Both the position numbers and the translations under genes were made by a program. A model generated the notes under the pieces. The model saw nothing but the letters and a program-made list of their open reading frames with translations, searched no databases and was not told the DNA's origin. Below, piece by piece: positions 35,924 through 45,693 of a stretch of 64,000 nt of DNA; position 1 is the stretch's first letter; the number at the start of each line of letters is the position of its first letter. Source of the stretch: Thermoanaerobaculales bacterium. GTDB lineage: Bacteria; Acidobacteriota; Thermoanaerobaculia; Thermoanaerobaculales; Sulfomarinibacteraceae. The stretch is taken from assembly GCA_036351195.1 (NCBI GenBank), contig JAZBOQ010000176.1, positions 514 to 64,513 on the forward strand, written 5' to 3'.

Positions 35924-37000
35924 ATGGAAGTTGGCATCATGGGGTTGGCGGCGAGCGGAAAGAGCTCTCTCTTCGGCCTACTCACCGGTCAGGATTCGTC
36001 CGCCCCGACAGGCCGCCGCGACCAGACCCAGGTCGGCATGGCCAAGGTCCCGGACCCGCGCCTCGACGTCCTCGCAGCGATGTACAAGCCGAAGAAAACG
36101 ACCCCCGCGACGATCCGTTTTTCCGACGTCCCCGGCATTCCCGACGAGCACCGCGGCGAGGCATCCCTCAACCTCCCCGAGCTGCGGACGGCCGACGCCC
36201 TGATGGTGGTGCTCCGCGCCTTCGACTCGGACGCCGTCGCCCACCCCAAGGGCTCGGTGGATCCGCTTCGCGATCTCACCCACATTGAGGAGGAGTTCAT
36301 CCTGTCGGATCAGCTGGTGGTGGAGAAACGTCTCGAGCGCCTCCGCAAGGACATTCAGAAACGACGCGACCCGGAGCTCGAGAGGGAGCGCGACCTCCTC
36401 GAACGGTGTCTCGCCGTTCTCGAGGCCGAGCAACCGCTGCGCAACGAGAGCTTTGACGCCAACGAAGAGAAGAAACTCCGGGGATTCACCTTCCTGTCGC
36501 GAAAACCCATGTTGGTGGTGGCCAACGTCGGGGAGGACGACCCGTCATCGGATGTCTTCGTCGGACCCGAGTGGGAAGGGTGGACCTCCCGGCAGGGGCT
36601 CGCCTTCACCCGGGTCTGCGCCACCCTGGAGGCCGAGCTCGCCGAGCTCGACGGCGACGATGCCGAGGCGTTCATGGAAGATCTCGGTCTCGAGGACCGG
36701 GCGCTGGACCGGATCATCGGCGAGTCCTACGCCCTGCTCGGTCTGATCTCCTTCTTCACCGTCGGCGACGACGAGTGCCGGGCATGGTCGATCCTCGAGG
36801 GCACCGAGGCGCTCGCGGCGGCCGGCGAGATCCACTCCGATATTCAGCGCGGTTTCATCCGCGCCGAAGTGGTCACCTGCGAGGAACTCCTCGAGACCGG
36901 GTCGCTCTCGGGCTGCCGACAGAAAGGGACTCTCCGGTTGGAGGGAAAGACCTACCGCGTCCACGACGGCGAGGTCGTCCACTTCCGGTTCAACGTCTGA
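35924..37000 (+). CDS. ychF: redox-regulated ATPase YchF (Obg-family)
   Basis: G1 motif GIMGLAASGKSSLF, the FSDVPG region and the C-terminal TGS-like domain ending RLEGKTYRVHDGEVVHFRFNV. GGAGGA RBS. Confidence 0.9.
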   Translation: MEVGIMGLAASGKSSLFGLLTGQDSSAPTGRRDQTQVGMAKVPDPRLDVLAAMYKPKKTTPATIRFSDVPGIPDEHRGEASLNLPELRTADALMVVLRAFDSDAVAHPKGSVDPLRDLTHIEEEFILSDQLVVEKRLERLRKDIQKRRDPELERERDLLERCLAVLEAEQPLRNESFDANEEKKLRGFTFLSRKPMLVVANVGEDDPSSDVFVGPEWEGWTSRQGLAFTRVCATLEAELAELDGDDAEAFMEDLGLEDRALDRIIGESYALLGLISFFTVGDDECRAWSILEGTEALAAAGEIHSDIQRGFIRAEVVTCEELLETGSLSGCRQKGTLRLEGKTYRVHDGEVVHFRFNV

Positions 37001-37040
37001 CCGGCGCCGGGAGCAACCGCCTCAACAGCGGCCCGACGCG

Positions 37041-38051
37041 TCAGACGAAAAGCGCGGCCACCCGATAGAGCGGAGACCATCCTGGTCCCAGCGACGCTTC
37101 CGGCGAGGTGTCGCCGATATCCGGAGCGGCCTCTGCCGTGCTCCCCGTTCCCGTGCCGCCCGCGCCGGATCCGGTCGGCGCCGGACCTCCAAAGCCGAAC
37201 GGGGTGTTCTCGTGGTCGGGGACAGTGGCTTCGGACTCCGCTCTCCCGCCTCGAGAACCGCCGGAGCTTCGGCTCCTTGCCGAAGCCGCTCCGCCGCCGG
37301 CTGCCGCCTTGCGCTTCTTCGCTGTCGCCTTCTTGTCGGGCGCCGGGGTCGGCGTCGGCGCCACCCGCGGTCCGACGATCGGCGTGGGGGTGGGCGTCGG
37401 GGTGGGCGCCACCCTCGGCTCGAAGCTGCTGCGAACCTTTCTCACGGCGCCCGGCTCCAGGTAGGGCATGGGGGTATGGGCCTCGAAGCGCCTGCGGTCG
37501 TAGTGACGAACCTGGGCGCCGATCTGCAGTCGCGACGAGAGAATTTCGGGGTTGACCTTCGGGTCTGCCAGCTCCGGAGCGTGCTGGAACGCCGTCTCGT
37601 AGTGGTCCATGGCGGCCTTGCCGTTGCCCGTCTGCTCTTCGAGCAGGCCCAGGTAGAAGTTCGCCCAACCGTGGCCGGGACGGATCTTCAGGCACTTCTT
37701 GTAGGCCGATCGGGCGCCGCTCAGGTCACCCTCGTCGTGCTTGACGAGGCCGATTCGAAACCACGCTTCGAAGAGCTCGGGGTCGGCATCGAGCGCCTGC
37801 TTGAAGTACTCCACCGAATCCTTGGACCACCCGCGGTAGAAGAGCATGGTGCCCAGGTCCACGAGCTCTTCCGGACCGAGCCCGCCGGCTTCGGCCTGCT
37901 GCCAGTAGTACCGAATCGTCTCATCGCCGGGATTGTCCGCCACCAGCCACTTGACGAAAATCGGATCGGCGGTGGTTGCACTGGCCACCGTCGCGAGCAG
38001 AGCCAGCCCGATCGCCAGGGTCCTGGCCGCGGTCACGTATTTCATGTTCAA
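37041..38051 (-). CDS. secreted tetratricopeptide repeat protein with Pro/Thr- and Ala/Gly/Arg-rich C-terminal tail
   Basis: Signal peptide MNMKYVTAARTLAIGLALLATVASA. TPR-like units (AL..DP....AW...G.......G....A...Y.K.L...P). PTPTPTPTP linker. Confidence 0.8.
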   Translation of the reverse strand: MNMKYVTAARTLAIGLALLATVASATTADPIFVKWLVADNPGDETIRYYWQQAEAGGLGPEELVDLGTMLFYRGWSKDSVEYFKQALDADPELFEAWFRIGLVKHDEGDLSGARSAYKKCLKIRPGHGWANFYLGLLEEQTGNGKAAMDHYETAFQHAPELADPKVNPEILSSRLQIGAQVRHYDRRRFEAHTPMPYLEPGAVRKVRSSFEPRVAPTPTPTPTPIVGPRVAPTPTPAPDKKATAKKRKAAAGGGAASARSRSSGGSRGGRAESEATVPDHENTPFGFGGPAPTGSGAGGTGTGSTAEAAPDIGDTSPEASLGPGWSPLYRVAALFV

Positions 38052-38608
38052 GACTCCCGTTTCCGTACTTTCCGCGCGGCAAGCTTCACCTTACCATCCT
38101 CCACCCGGACCTCGAACTGCACCTGTCGACCGAGCTTTTCCTGGATCTGCTCGCGCTGCGTGTCGAGCTGTTTTTCGAACTGGGCGCGGCCCATCCGAAC
38201 GTCGAGGCCGAGCTGGCGCTTGGCCGAGACGTAGCGGTCGTAGAGCGATCCGCGTCCACTGGAGTCTACGGAGGTCACGGTGGGGCCGTTTGTCTGCTCG
38301 ATGAGCGGTCGGGTCTGGTGGGATCCAACCCCCTCGGGGTGGGCCATCCGGCCCTCCTCCCGATCGCGCAGCATCCGCTCCCAGTTTTGGGAGTAACTCA
38401 TGAATCGGTGCTGCAGCTGCTCGACGCGAAACTGATCCCTCCGGTGGTGAAAGGTTTGCTCGGCCAGGCTGCGCAACCGTTGGGCGAACTTCGTCCGCTC
38501 GACCTCGGGGGGAACCCTGAGGCCACCGGAGAAAAACCGCTCCCAGTTCTTGACCAGCTCGCGCAGGTCCCGCTCGAGCATTTGGATCTTCTGTCCGAGA
38601 TCCATCAC
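38048..38608 (-). CDS. hypothetical protein (helical N-terminus, C-terminal V.FEV.VEDGKVKL motif)
   Basis: Clean ORF with a 4-nt overlap to the TPR gene and non-random composition. I cannot name a family with confidence. Confidence 0.6.
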   Translation of the reverse strand: MMDLGQKIQMLERDLRELVKNWERFFSGGLRVPPEVERTKFAQRLRSLAEQTFHHRRDQFRVEQLQHRFMSYSQNWERMLRDREEGRMAHPEGVGSHQTRPLIEQTNGPTVTSVDSSGRGSLYDRYVSAKRQLGLDVRMGRAQFEKQLDTQREQIQEKLGRQVQFEVRVEDGKVKLAARKVRKRES

Positions 38609-38825
38609 TACCCCCCTGTCACCGACATGACGGACATCGCCCCTCGGGATACAATATCCTAAGATGGGTGATTTTGGCGGATGAGATGTGCGAAGATCTT
38701 AAGGCTCTGTTGTTTGCAAAACGCGGAGGCGTACTCGGTGGTACGTCGAGCGTTTTCGCGATCAACAAAGACCAAGAGATTCGTACAGATCGCCGTCAAG
38801 AATCGCTCGTCGTAGGATAAACCCA

Positions 38826-40193
38826 ATGCACTCTCAGTATCGCACCATCCCGGCGATTCATCGCCTCCTCGAACTGCCCTCCCTCCGCGCCATGGTGGAC
38901 GCCCACGGCCGGCCTCCGGTGATGGACGCCTGCCGGGCCGCGGTGGACGAGCTGCGCCGGCGCATCGCCGAGGGAACCGCGGACCCGGTCGACTCCGGCG
39001 ACCTCACCGAGCACCTGGAGCGCGAGATCCTCACCCTCCTCAACGCCGCCACCCGCCCGGCGTATCGCGAGGTTGTCAACGCCACCGGAGTCCTCATCCA
39101 CACCAACCTGGGGCGCTCGCCGCTCCCGACAGACCGCCTGGCCCACCTCGAGTCCTACCTCGCCCTGGAGTTCGACCTCGCCAGCGGCCGTCGCGGCCAA
39201 CGGTTGGCGCCCCTCAAGCGCCGCATCGCCGAGGTCTGCGGAGCCGAGGCGGCGGTCATGGTCAACAACAACGCCGCCGCCCTGCTGCTCATCCTGAGCG
39301 CCCACACCCAGGGACGCCAGGTGATCGTCTCCAGGAGCCAGCTCATCGAGATCGGCGGCTCCTTCCGGCTGCCGGACGTCATGGCGGCCTCGGGCTGCGA
39401 GCTCGTCGAGGTGGGCTGCACCAACCGCTCCCACCTGGCGGATTTCGAGCGGGCCATGAACGACGCCACCGCCGCCGTCCTCGTGGCCCACCAGTCCAAC
39501 TTCCGCATCGTCGGCTTCACCACCGCTCCGTCGACCTCGGAGCTCGCCGAGTGCGCCCACCGCAACGGTCTGCCCCTCTTCGTCGACCAGGGCTCGGGCT
39601 GCCTCCACGATCTCCGCCGCTGGTCCATCCCGCCGGAGGAGACCGTGGGCGAGCTGCTGGCAGACGGCGCCGATCTGGTGTGCTTCTCGGGAGATAAGCT
39701 GCTCGGCGGACCCCAGGCCGGGATCATCGTCGGTTCCGCCCGCTGGGTCGAGCCCCTCGGGCGACACCCCCTGTACCGGGCGCTTCGACCGGACAAGACG
39801 GCGTTGACCCTGATGGACCAGGTGCTCGCGGCCCACCATGCCGGCCGGCTCGAGGAGATCCCCCTCTACACGATGCTGTCGACGCCGGTGGACGCTCTCA
39901 AACGACGAGCCCGGCGGATCGGCGGACGACTGAGAAAGCAGGAGGTCCCGGCTCGGGGCACCGCCCTGCGCGCCGCCCTCGGCGGCGGGACGACCCCGGG
40001 CGAGACCATGCCCAGCTACGGCCTCGCCGTACCCGGCGGCCAACGCCTGCTCGATGCTCTGCGCGACGGCGACCCCCCGGTGGTGGGGCGGCTGGAGAAC
40101 GACGAGGTCCTCCTCGACCTGCGGTCGGTCCGGCCGGATCAGGATGCCGCACTCGAACGCCGGCTCCTCGAGGCATCGGATGGTCTCGAGTGA
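38826..40193 (+). CDS. selA: L-seryl-tRNA(Sec) selenium transferase
   Basis: VVNATGVLIHTNLGRSPL, RGQR and FSGDKLLGGPQAGIIVG (PLP Lys) are canonical SelA strings. Confidence 0.9.
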   Translation: MHSQYRTIPAIHRLLELPSLRAMVDAHGRPPVMDACRAAVDELRRRIAEGTADPVDSGDLTEHLEREILTLLNAATRPAYREVVNATGVLIHTNLGRSPLPTDRLAHLESYLALEFDLASGRRGQRLAPLKRRIAEVCGAEAAVMVNNNAAALLLILSAHTQGRQVIVSRSQLIEIGGSFRLPDVMAASGCELVEVGCTNRSHLADFERAMNDATAAVLVAHQSNFRIVGFTTAPSTSELAECAHRNGLPLFVDQGSGCLHDLRRWSIPPEETVGELLADGADLVCFSGDKLLGGPQAGIIVGSARWVEPLGRHPLYRALRPDKTALTLMDQVLAAHHAGRLEEIPLYTMLSTPVDALKRRARRIGGRLRKQEVPARGTALRAALGGGTTPGETMPSYGLAVPGGQRLLDALRDGDPPVVGRLENDEVLLDLRSVRPDQDAALERRLLEASDGLE

Positions 40194-40437
40194 GACGGTG
40201 AGAAGGTCAGGGCTCGTTGCACTCGCTGTGAGCACCCGCAGCGCACCGATACGCGTCCCTCTCTTGCTGACCTTCTTGCCCTCCAACTCTCCAGCCAGTT
40301 GCACGAATCGAGGCTGCGGACGTTCAGCATGGCGGTACATTGTCGCGCCCATCTCTTGACGAGCGTTCGCCATCATCGCCGATCGGAAGATCGGCGCGAC
40401 AACGATTCGTGCACGTGGCTCACTCTGAAATCTCGGC

Positions 40438-41217
40438 TCAGAAGAGGAGCCCCGAGAGCCTCCAGGCCGGCGGCAGGTAGAGCCAGAGGATCACCGCGGC
40501 GGCGAGAAAGGTCCCGAAGGGCAGGGCGGTCTTGCCCGACCCGCGGCCGGTGGCGATGAGCGCTCCCCCGACCAGCGCGCCGAGGATCGCCGCCGCCACC
40601 AGCACCATGAGGCAGCCGTGCAGACCCACCACGGCACCGATGGCGGCGAGGTACTTCACGTCGCCCCACCCCATGCCGTCGACGCCGCGCAACCAGCGGT
40701 AGAGCACGATGACGCTGGCCGGCAGGGCGGCCCCCACCACCGCCCCCGCCACCGAATCCAGAAAGAAGGTGAACCCGCCGACGTACGAGAACACGAGGCC
40801 GAAGACAATGGCCGGGTAGGTCATCACGTCGGGCAGAATCTGGTGCTCGAAGTCAATCAGGGCCAGGGCCAGGGAGAGCCAGGCGAAGATCACCCCCTCC
40901 GCCGCCACCGGCGTCAGGCCGTGGACGGCCACCCCCAGGGCCCCGAGACCGCCGGCGGCGGCCTCCACCAGTGGGTAGCGGAACGAGATGGGAGCGCGGC
41001 AGCTGCGGCACCGACCGCGGAGCACCAGCCAGGACACGACGGGCAGGTTGTCGTACCAGGCGATGGGGCTCCCGCACGCCGGGCACGCCGAGCGCGGCGA
41101 GACGATGGAGAGCCGCCGCGGAACGCGGTAAATCACCACGTTGAGAAAGCTGCCCACCACCGCCCCGACGACGAAGGCGTAGAGGATCACGATGGGCTGC
41201 AGCCACTCGTCAGACAT
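40438..41217 (-). CDS. prepilin peptidase (A24 family) with N-terminal zinc-binding motif
   Basis: GSFLNVVIYRVP, C.ACG....W.DN.PV.SW..L.G.C..C and the later DVKYLAA aspartate motif. Confidence 0.9.
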   Translation of the reverse strand: MSDEWLQPIVILYAFVVGAVVGSFLNVVIYRVPRRLSIVSPRSACPACGSPIAWYDNLPVVSWLVLRGRCRSCRAPISFRYPLVEAAAGGLGALGVAVHGLTPVAAEGVIFAWLSLALALIDFEHQILPDVMTYPAIVFGLVFSYVGGFTFFLDSVAGAVVGAALPASVIVLYRWLRGVDGMGWGDVKYLAAIGAVVGLHGCLMVLVAAAILGALVGGALIATGRGSGKTALPFGTFLAAAVILWLYLPPAWRLSGLLF

Positions 41218-42347
41218 CGGTAGAGCTCCTCCAGTTGCCGAACCATCACATCACGGTCGAAGCCGTCGAGACCAGCCACCGCCGCTTCCGACATGGCCCG
41301 CCGCCGGCCGTCCTCCACGAGGATACCGGTCACCGCTTCCGCCAGGCCCCGCCAGTCTCCCGCCGCCACCAGCTCGCCGTTGACGCCGGGCTCGATGACC
41401 TCGGGGGTGCCGTCCACCGCCGTGGCCACCACCGGCACCCCGGCGGCCAGAGACTCCACCACCGAGCAGGGCAGACCCTCGTGACGAGAGGAGAGCACCG
41501 AGACCGTGGTCGCCGCCAGGAGGTCCGGCACATCGCCCCACCATCCCGGAAAGCACAGCCGATCGGCAATGCCGAGCTCGCCCGCCAGGGCCTCGGCCGC
41601 GGCCCGCAGAGGCCCGTCGCCGGCCATGACGAACCAGGCCTCCGGGACCCTCCCCCCGATGACGGCCGCCGCCCGGACGAAGTCCAACGGCGCCTTCTGC
41701 GGTTTGAAGTTGCCGATCTGGGTGATCAGAGGAGCCCCGGCCGGAATGCCGAGACGTTCCCGGCTGCGGCCGCCGCCTCCCGCCCGACGGACCCGGTGCA
41801 GATCGATCCCGGCGCGGATCACCGATGCCTCGTTCTCGGTCCACAGTCCGAGCTCGACGCCGCGCTCGAGGTTGACCCTCGACACCGCCACGAAGTGATC
41901 GGTCCAGCGCGCGGCGATCTTCTCGGCGGTGAAGAAGAGCCTCCGTTTGATGGCGGACTGCAGCGGCGTGAAGCCGAAGCCGTGCACCGTGTGGACCACC
42001 ACCGGCACCCGCTCGAGCCGGGCGGCGAACCGTCCGAGAACTCCAGCCTTCGAGGAGTGGGTGTGGACGATCTGCGGCTGGAAATCACGAATCGCCCGGC
42101 GAAGAGCAACCAGAGCCTTGAGATCGCTGGCCGGAGCCACCGGGCGAACGAGATCGGCGATCTCGTAGCGCGTCACGCCGCTCAGCGTCCGTGCCTCACC
42201 ATCGAGAACGTCGCCGGGGCCCCAGGCGAGGGCCGCCTCGAACGCCGCGGGATCGAGGTGGCCGGCGGTGTGGAGGGCGACGCGCTGGGCGCCGCCGAGC
42301 TCGAGGCGGGTGACGGCCGTGAGCACCCGGATCCGCGACCCGCTCAA
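41187..42347 (-). CDS. glycosyltransferase family 4 (GT-B)
   Basis: N-terminal RIRVLTAVTRLELGGAQ and the C-terminal SRHEGLP..V.ESLAAGVPVVAT..DG.PE.I..G.NG signature. TTG start overlaps the upstream TGA (TTGA). The longer 745-aa track ORF overlaps the next gene. Confidence 0.8.
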   Translation of the reverse strand: MSGSRIRVLTAVTRLELGGAQRVALHTAGHLDPAAFEAALAWGPGDVLDGEARTLSGVTRYEIADLVRPVAPASDLKALVALRRAIRDFQPQIVHTHSSKAGVLGRFAARLERVPVVVHTVHGFGFTPLQSAIKRRLFFTAEKIAARWTDHFVAVSRVNLERGVELGLWTENEASVIRAGIDLHRVRRAGGGGRSRERLGIPAGAPLITQIGNFKPQKAPLDFVRAAAVIGGRVPEAWFVMAGDGPLRAAAEALAGELGIADRLCFPGWWGDVPDLLAATTVSVLSSRHEGLPCSVVESLAAGVPVVATAVDGTPEVIEPGVNGELVAAGDWRGLAEAVTGILVEDGRRRAMSEAAVAGLDGFDRDVMVRQLEELYRCLTSGCSPS

Positions 42348-43639
42348 CCCGACTCCCTGATCAGGCGGCGCGCCGCCGCCATGCCGTCGAGCACCGCGTC
42401 CTCCATGGCCGAGTACTTCCACTCGGCCCAGCGCCCGGAGAGCCGCACGCCGTGGCCGCCCAACCACGAGCGGAGCGCCGCCACCGCGTGGCGGCGGGGG
42501 TGGTCGAAGACCACGTAGGCGGGGTCGACCATGGTCAGCCGGCGCACCACGACGGCCTCGGGATCGACCAGACCGGCGGCCGCGAGCGCCGCCTCTGCCG
42601 AGTTGACGAGCCCGTCCACCTCGCCGGAGCCGGGATCGAGGCTGATCTCCACCGACACCGTGTGGCAGCCTTCCGGGGCGACGCAGCCGTGGTTGGACGG
42701 AAAACCCACCCGGTAGTAGGGCAGCTCGGGGTCCGGAAAGTACCGCCAGTGCTCGGAAACCGGCGCCGGGCCGCGAACGCCGAGGGCGATGTTGAGCACC
42801 CTCACCCAGCGCAGCGCCCGCCGGGCTTGTGCTACCTCGTCGGGAAGCGCGTCGGCGACCATGTCGAGCAATGCCGGCAGCGAGATGGTGGACACGACGG
42901 TGGCGAACGGCAGTCGCGCACCGTCGGCGCACTCGACCCAGCGTTCGCCGAGGTGGATCCGGACCACCTCGGTGCCGGTGCGGAGATCCGGGACCCGCTC
43001 GGCGACTCCGTCGGGCAGGATCCGGATGCCTCCCGATTTCGGATAGCGGAAGACCGCGTTGTAACCCACCCGGTCGCGGTGCAACCCGAGGGCGCCGTCC
43101 ACCACCTCTTCCAGGTCCGGCTTGGGCACGTACCGGCCGACCCAATCGAGGCCGAGCTCCTCGGGCTCCGCGCGGTAGAGCTTGCGGTTGTAGGGAAAGA
43201 AGAAGTGCTCCGCGAGACCGGCGCCGAACCGCTCCAACACCCACTCGCGGAAGCTCGCGGGATCGCGCTCGGCCTCGCCGGCCCAGGCGCGGATGAAGCC
43301 CACCAGACAGTCGCGACGAACCTCGGGGGCGAGGCCGTGGGTGTGGACCTGGATCGGGTACGGGGTCACCGCCTCGCCGACCACGATGGCCGCCGAGCGC
43401 TCCCAGACGGCGAGCTGGTTCCACAGGCCGAGCTGCTCGAGGTAGCGCTGGGTCTCCTCCCGGCCGACGTGCAGGAGGTGGCCCGTGTGATCGAAGCAGA
43501 AGCCGCCGTCCTCGATGGTTCGGCAGGCGCCGCCGGGCTCGGTCTCTTTCTCGAGAACCGGCACGGTGACGCCCGACGCGGCAAGACGCTCGGCCGCGAC
43601 GAGACCGGTGAGGCCGCCGCCGATGATCACCGTGTTCAC
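42344..43639 (-). CDS. FAD-dependent oxidoreductase (amine oxidase / UDP-galactopyranose mutase-like fold)
   Basis: Dinucleotide-binding N-terminus VIIGGGLTGLVAAERLA..G..V.VLEK...PGG and the following GHLLH motif. Confidence 0.75.
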   Translation of the reverse strand: MNTVIIGGGLTGLVAAERLAASGVTVPVLEKETEPGGACRTIEDGGFCFDHTGHLLHVGREETQRYLEQLGLWNQLAVWERSAAIVVGEAVTPYPIQVHTHGLAPEVRRDCLVGFIRAWAGEAERDPASFREWVLERFGAGLAEHFFFPYNRKLYRAEPEELGLDWVGRYVPKPDLEEVVDGALGLHRDRVGYNAVFRYPKSGGIRILPDGVAERVPDLRTGTEVVRIHLGERWVECADGARLPFATVVSTISLPALLDMVADALPDEVAQARRALRWVRVLNIALGVRGPAPVSEHWRYFPDPELPYYRVGFPSNHGCVAPEGCHTVSVEISLDPGSGEVDGLVNSAEAALAAAGLVDPEAVVVRRLTMVDPAYVVFDHPRRHAVAALRSWLGGHGVRLSGRWAEWKYSAMEDAVLDGMAAARRLIRESG

Positions 43640-44640
43640 GCCGCCTCCATGTCGACCCGGCCGAGCCAGATCAGGATCGCCAGGAGCACGGCGCCCACCA
43701 CTGCGGTGACGATCAGCGTCGTCACCTCATCGAGGGAGATGATGACCAGACCGATGCCGCCGAGCACCGCTTGCGCCCCGTAGCAGGCGACCACGGTGCG
43801 GACGGTGGATCCCCCGAGCCGGCGCCGCAACCGCAGCGGAATGTGATCGGGGCTGCCGTAGTAGATCTTCTTGCCCGCCTTCGCGCGCAGAAACATGACG
43901 TAGAAGGTGTCGATGATGGGCAGGGCGAGGAAGTACAGCGGCGCCAGAAAGCCCAGCTCGTTGTGGTGGGTGTAGTCCATGACCATGGCCAGGGAGCCCA
44001 GGGTGAGACCGATGAAGAGGCTGCCGCAGTCGCCCAGGTAGATCACGGCCGGGTGGAAGTTGAATCGCAGAAACCCGAGAAGAGCGCCGATGAGTGCGAC
44101 GGTGAAGAACGCGACGACCAGACGGCCGTTGTCGAGAGCCACCACCAGAAGGTAGGTGCCCGCGATGACGCCGAGGCCGCTCGCGAGCCCGTCCATGATG
44201 TCGCTGAGGTTGAAGGCGTTGGACATGCCCACCAGCCAGACGACGGTCAGGATGACCCGTCCCCACCACGGAATGAACACCAGGTGGAGCATGACCCCGG
44301 CCTTGAGCAGGACGAAGACCGCCACCGCCTGGCCGACCGCCTTGGGCTTGGGCGTCAGCGCCCCGAAGTCGTCAACGAGGCCGACCATGGTGACGATGGT
44401 GGAGGCGAGAAGCATGGCCAGCAGCTCCTCGTCGAAGGAGAAGGTCATGCCGATGGACAGCAGGAAGGCGAGAAAGACGGCGAGGCCGCCGAGGTAGGCC
44501 ACCGGCTCCGAGTGGGTCTTGAGGTGGCCGTCGGGGTTGTCCACCACCCCGAAACGGATGGCGGCGTCCCTGGCCATGGGCGTCCCCACCAGCGCCAGGA
44601 GATAGGCGAGGAAGAAACCGAGGGTCAGCTGAATCACCAT
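43636..44640 (-). CDS. polyprenyl-phosphate N-acetylhexosamine-1-phosphate transferase (WecA/MraY family)
   Basis: GLVDDFG and NAFNLSDIMDGLASG motifs with about 10 TM segments. Start at MVIQLTL. Confidence 0.85.
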   Translation of the reverse strand: MVIQLTLGFFLAYLLALVGTPMARDAAIRFGVVDNPDGHLKTHSEPVAYLGGLAVFLAFLLSIGMTFSFDEELLAMLLASTIVTMVGLVDDFGALTPKPKAVGQAVAVFVLLKAGVMLHLVFIPWWGRVILTVVWLVGMSNAFNLSDIMDGLASGLGVIAGTYLLVVALDNGRLVVAFFTVALIGALLGFLRFNFHPAVIYLGDCGSLFIGLTLGSLAMVMDYTHHNELGFLAPLYFLALPIIDTFYVMFLRAKAGKKIYYGSPDHIPLRLRRRLGGSTVRTVVACYGAQAVLGGIGLVIISLDEVTTLIVTAVVGAVLLAILIWLGRVDMEAA

Positions 44641-45602
44641 GGCAGGTCTCGAAGCCTCCGTCGCGGACCGTCCGCACGTGCGCGCCACTGGCGCATCACC
44701 AACGGCAGCCGCCGCATCACCGCCGCCGCCAGACCGGGACGCCGGATGACGCCGGCCGCGACCAGCGCCAGGTCCCACGTCAAGAGTAGGGGCAGCCGCC
44801 CGATGAGATCAAGGGTGTGGAGGTGGCGCAGCAGGGTCATCCAGCGATTACTGAGCACACAGGCTTCGAGCTCCACGGGCCGCCGCCAGCGCAGCGGGCC
44901 CGAGCCCTCGGCGGCCCCGGCGCCACGGCCGTGAACCGCCACCGCCGCCGGCAGGCTCTCGAACCGGAAGCCCTGGTTGACGAGCCGCCAGCCCAGCTCC
45001 AGGTCCTCCCAGAAGCAGAAGTAGCACTCCGCCCAGGGGCCGTGATCCCCGGCCACCCGCTCCAGGGCGCCGCGGCGGTAGACCGCCAGCGCGCCGCAGG
45101 CGGCGAGCACATGAACCGGTGCTGCAAGCTCCGGGCAGAGGCGGGATCCGTAGCCGCGGTCACGAACCTCGAGGGCGACTCGGCTCAGCACCTGGCCGAC
45201 ACTGTCCACGGTCTCGCCGTCACGCCGCATGAGCCTGGGGGCCACGCCCGCCAGGCGCTCATCACCGATCAGAGCATCAGCGGCGCGGGACAGACAGTCC
45301 GCCGCCACCACCACATCGGGGTTGACCGAGGCCACCACGTCGACCTCGTTTCCGAGCGCAGCGTACCCCCGGTTGCAGCCGCCGGCGAAACCGGTGTTGA
45401 CATCCAACGCCAGCAGCTCGAGCTTCGGGTCCTCGAACGATCGCACCACGCGGCGGGAGTCGTCCGCGGACGCGTTGTCCACCACCACGATCTTCCGAAC
45501 CGCCTCGGCCGAGAGAAGGGCCTCGAGGCATGCCGGCAGATCCTCCCCCGAGTTGAAGCTCACCACCACCGCGCCGATGACGCCGTTCACCGGCGCATCC
45601 AA
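44634..45602 (-). CDS. glycosyltransferase family 2
   Basis: GAVVVSFNSGEDL..CLE.L......IVVVDNAS.DDS and the later DVVV (DXD-like) region. Confidence 0.8.
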   Translation of the reverse strand: MDAPVNGVIGAVVVSFNSGEDLPACLEALLSAEAVRKIVVVDNASADDSRRVVRSFEDPKLELLALDVNTGFAGGCNRGYAALGNEVDVVASVNPDVVVAADCLSRAADALIGDERLAGVAPRLMRRDGETVDSVGQVLSRVALEVRDRGYGSRLCPELAAPVHVLAACGALAVYRRGALERVAGDHGPWAECYFCFWEDLELGWRLVNQGFRFESLPAAVAVHGRGAGAAEGSGPLRWRRPVELEACVLSNRWMTLLRHLHTLDLIGRLPLLLTWDLALVAAGVIRRPGLAAAVMRRLPLVMRQWRARADGPRRRLRDLPW

Positions 45603-45693
45603 CGCGTGGGCGCTCGCTGACCTGACCGATTTCCCCTCGGGTGCCGTCCGGGCATCACGAAATTATCTCACTCCCGGCGCGGGTCCTGCCACA

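Noticed and set aside
37310-37420. Periodic GGCGTC/GGGGTG DNA repeats
   Set aside because: They are explained by the PTPTPTPTP linker of the TPR protein read on the opposite strand, so this is not an independent repeat element.
38796-40376. 526-aa minus-strand ORF opposite selA
   Set aside because: It is an antisense shadow of a gene with unambiguous SelA motifs.
40378-40437. GGAAGATCGG string resembling, as I recall it, the 5' end of E. coli tRNA-Sec, located downstream of selA
   Set aside because: I could not build a cloverleaf: there is no U-UCA-R anticodon loop with a paired stem on either strand and no GTTCRA T-arm. The string is fully explained as the hairpin GCCGATC-GGAA-GATCGGC (40378-40395), possibly a terminator-like element between convergent genes.
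42348-43424. Upstream 359 codons of the 745-aa minus-strand ORF
   Set aside because: They overlap the flavoprotein gene out of frame and are Arg/Gly/Pro-rich. GT4 similarity starts at the TTG at 42347.
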